From: Octopus bimaculoides
Lineage: Eukaryota
Reading direction: 5' to 3'
Length of the DNA stretch: 64,000 bases
Assembly: GCF_001194135.2 (NCBI RefSeq)
Contig: NC_068983.1
Location: forward strand, 153,695,599-153,759,598
Shown here: positions 63,110 to 64,000 of the stretch, one piece after another
How positions within the stretch are numbered: the first letter of the stretch is position 1
How the letters are laid out: every line of letters starts with the position of its first letter
Made by a program: the position numbers and the translations under genes
Notes under the pieces: generated by a model
What the model was told of the DNA's origin: nothing
The model's input: only the letters and a program-made list of their open reading frames with translations
Database searches by the model: none

Positions 63110-63790
63110 GACGATTCTTTCAAAATATAGGATTTATAAATGGAAACATTCATTTCACGATAAAGTTTCCTTGCATAAATATACATACATACATTTTTCA
63201 ACATGATCTTGATTTTCGATGCACTTCTTCCAGTGGTCCACAGGCTTGCGTATTCCTTCGGAGTAGAGAGTTTCCGGTTGGTAGCGCTGCTATTTATGTA
63301 GCACTCCTGCACTTCTTCCTTTGTAGCAAATAGAAGAACTTGTAACTGATGTATGGTGTGAGGCGAGATCTTGACTCTATGCAGCGTGTCCCAGGAACTC
63401 AGAACCCAAATTTTTAACGGCTACCACTGTGCAGACATTCGCATGTTGGTGTGCATTTTTATGCAACGAAAGCATTTGATTGATATCAGAACTCATTGTC
63501 CGGCTAATTGAAAACTTCTCGATCCATGCATACACATTTCTATGCGGTAGAGCGTTATCCCTGTAATATACGTAAAATTTGCGATGTTCTGATTTTCCCT
63601 GGTCTAAAAGTGTATCACTGACATACCTTTGGGCCAGAGAAATCGGAATATTTATCTCTGTGTTTCCGTGGTGCAAACAAGCCGCTGAGAGGCAATGCAT
63701 ACTTTGTAACACACACACAAAAAAAAAAAAGAAAACCAGAGTGATCAAGGTCAAACCTCGGTTAGATAACGATAAGAGTACCCCCTTATA
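63110..63790 (-). mobile_element. Internally deleted, decayed mariner element
   Basis: TIR-like TATAAGGGGGTAC; YRDNALPHRNVYAWIEKFSISRT (N-terminal HTH region) and HSQDLA...YSEGIRKPVDHWKKCIENQ.DHVEK (C-terminus). Confidence 0.8.
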
Positions 63791-64000
63791 GCAAGCGAGC
63801 GCTGAAGATAACCTAAAGAAAATTTCGGAGAAATTTCCGATACGTTATGCTTTGCCATTGTATTAGTGAACGCTATATCCGAATGCGACGCTGTGTAAGT
63901 GCAAGCGCTAATATGAGTGAACTTATGTTTGCATGCATACATAAAAGCCTGTTTCTATATAACTTTATGTATATAATGAATGAATGTGTGCATGTGTGGG

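Overview
AT-rich, repeat-dense eukaryotic DNA from a gapped short-read assembly (about 13 N-gaps, mostly bounded by microsatellites). The SINE families and microsatellite load look like a coleoid cephalopod, probably Octopus; this is inference from recognition, with no search run. No protein-coding gene, rRNA, true tRNA or CRISPR array can be supported, and only weak candidate exons are noted. The window is essentially a retro/DNA-transposon landscape. It holds many tRNA-headed SINEs, decayed RLE-type LINEs (R4/Dong-like, HERO-like), an RTE-like RT scrap, four decayed mariner copies, a pogo-type MITE, a Merlin-like MITE and Penelope-type hammerhead-bearing repeats. The most interesting structure is a Tx1/L1-clade LINE (58860-61729, minus) inserted with a ~15-bp TSD into a SINE. 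A second remnant of the same family sits at the identical SINE nucleotide 40 kb away (21701-21808). The LINE 3' end also matches the 3' tail of a SINE subfamily that itself occurs joined to the head of that SINE, suggesting a possible SINE-associated Tx1 LINE/partner-SINE system. Also notable is a 299-bp near-perfect palindrome (57557-57855) made of two hammerhead-ribozyme repeats, one core intact and one mutated.
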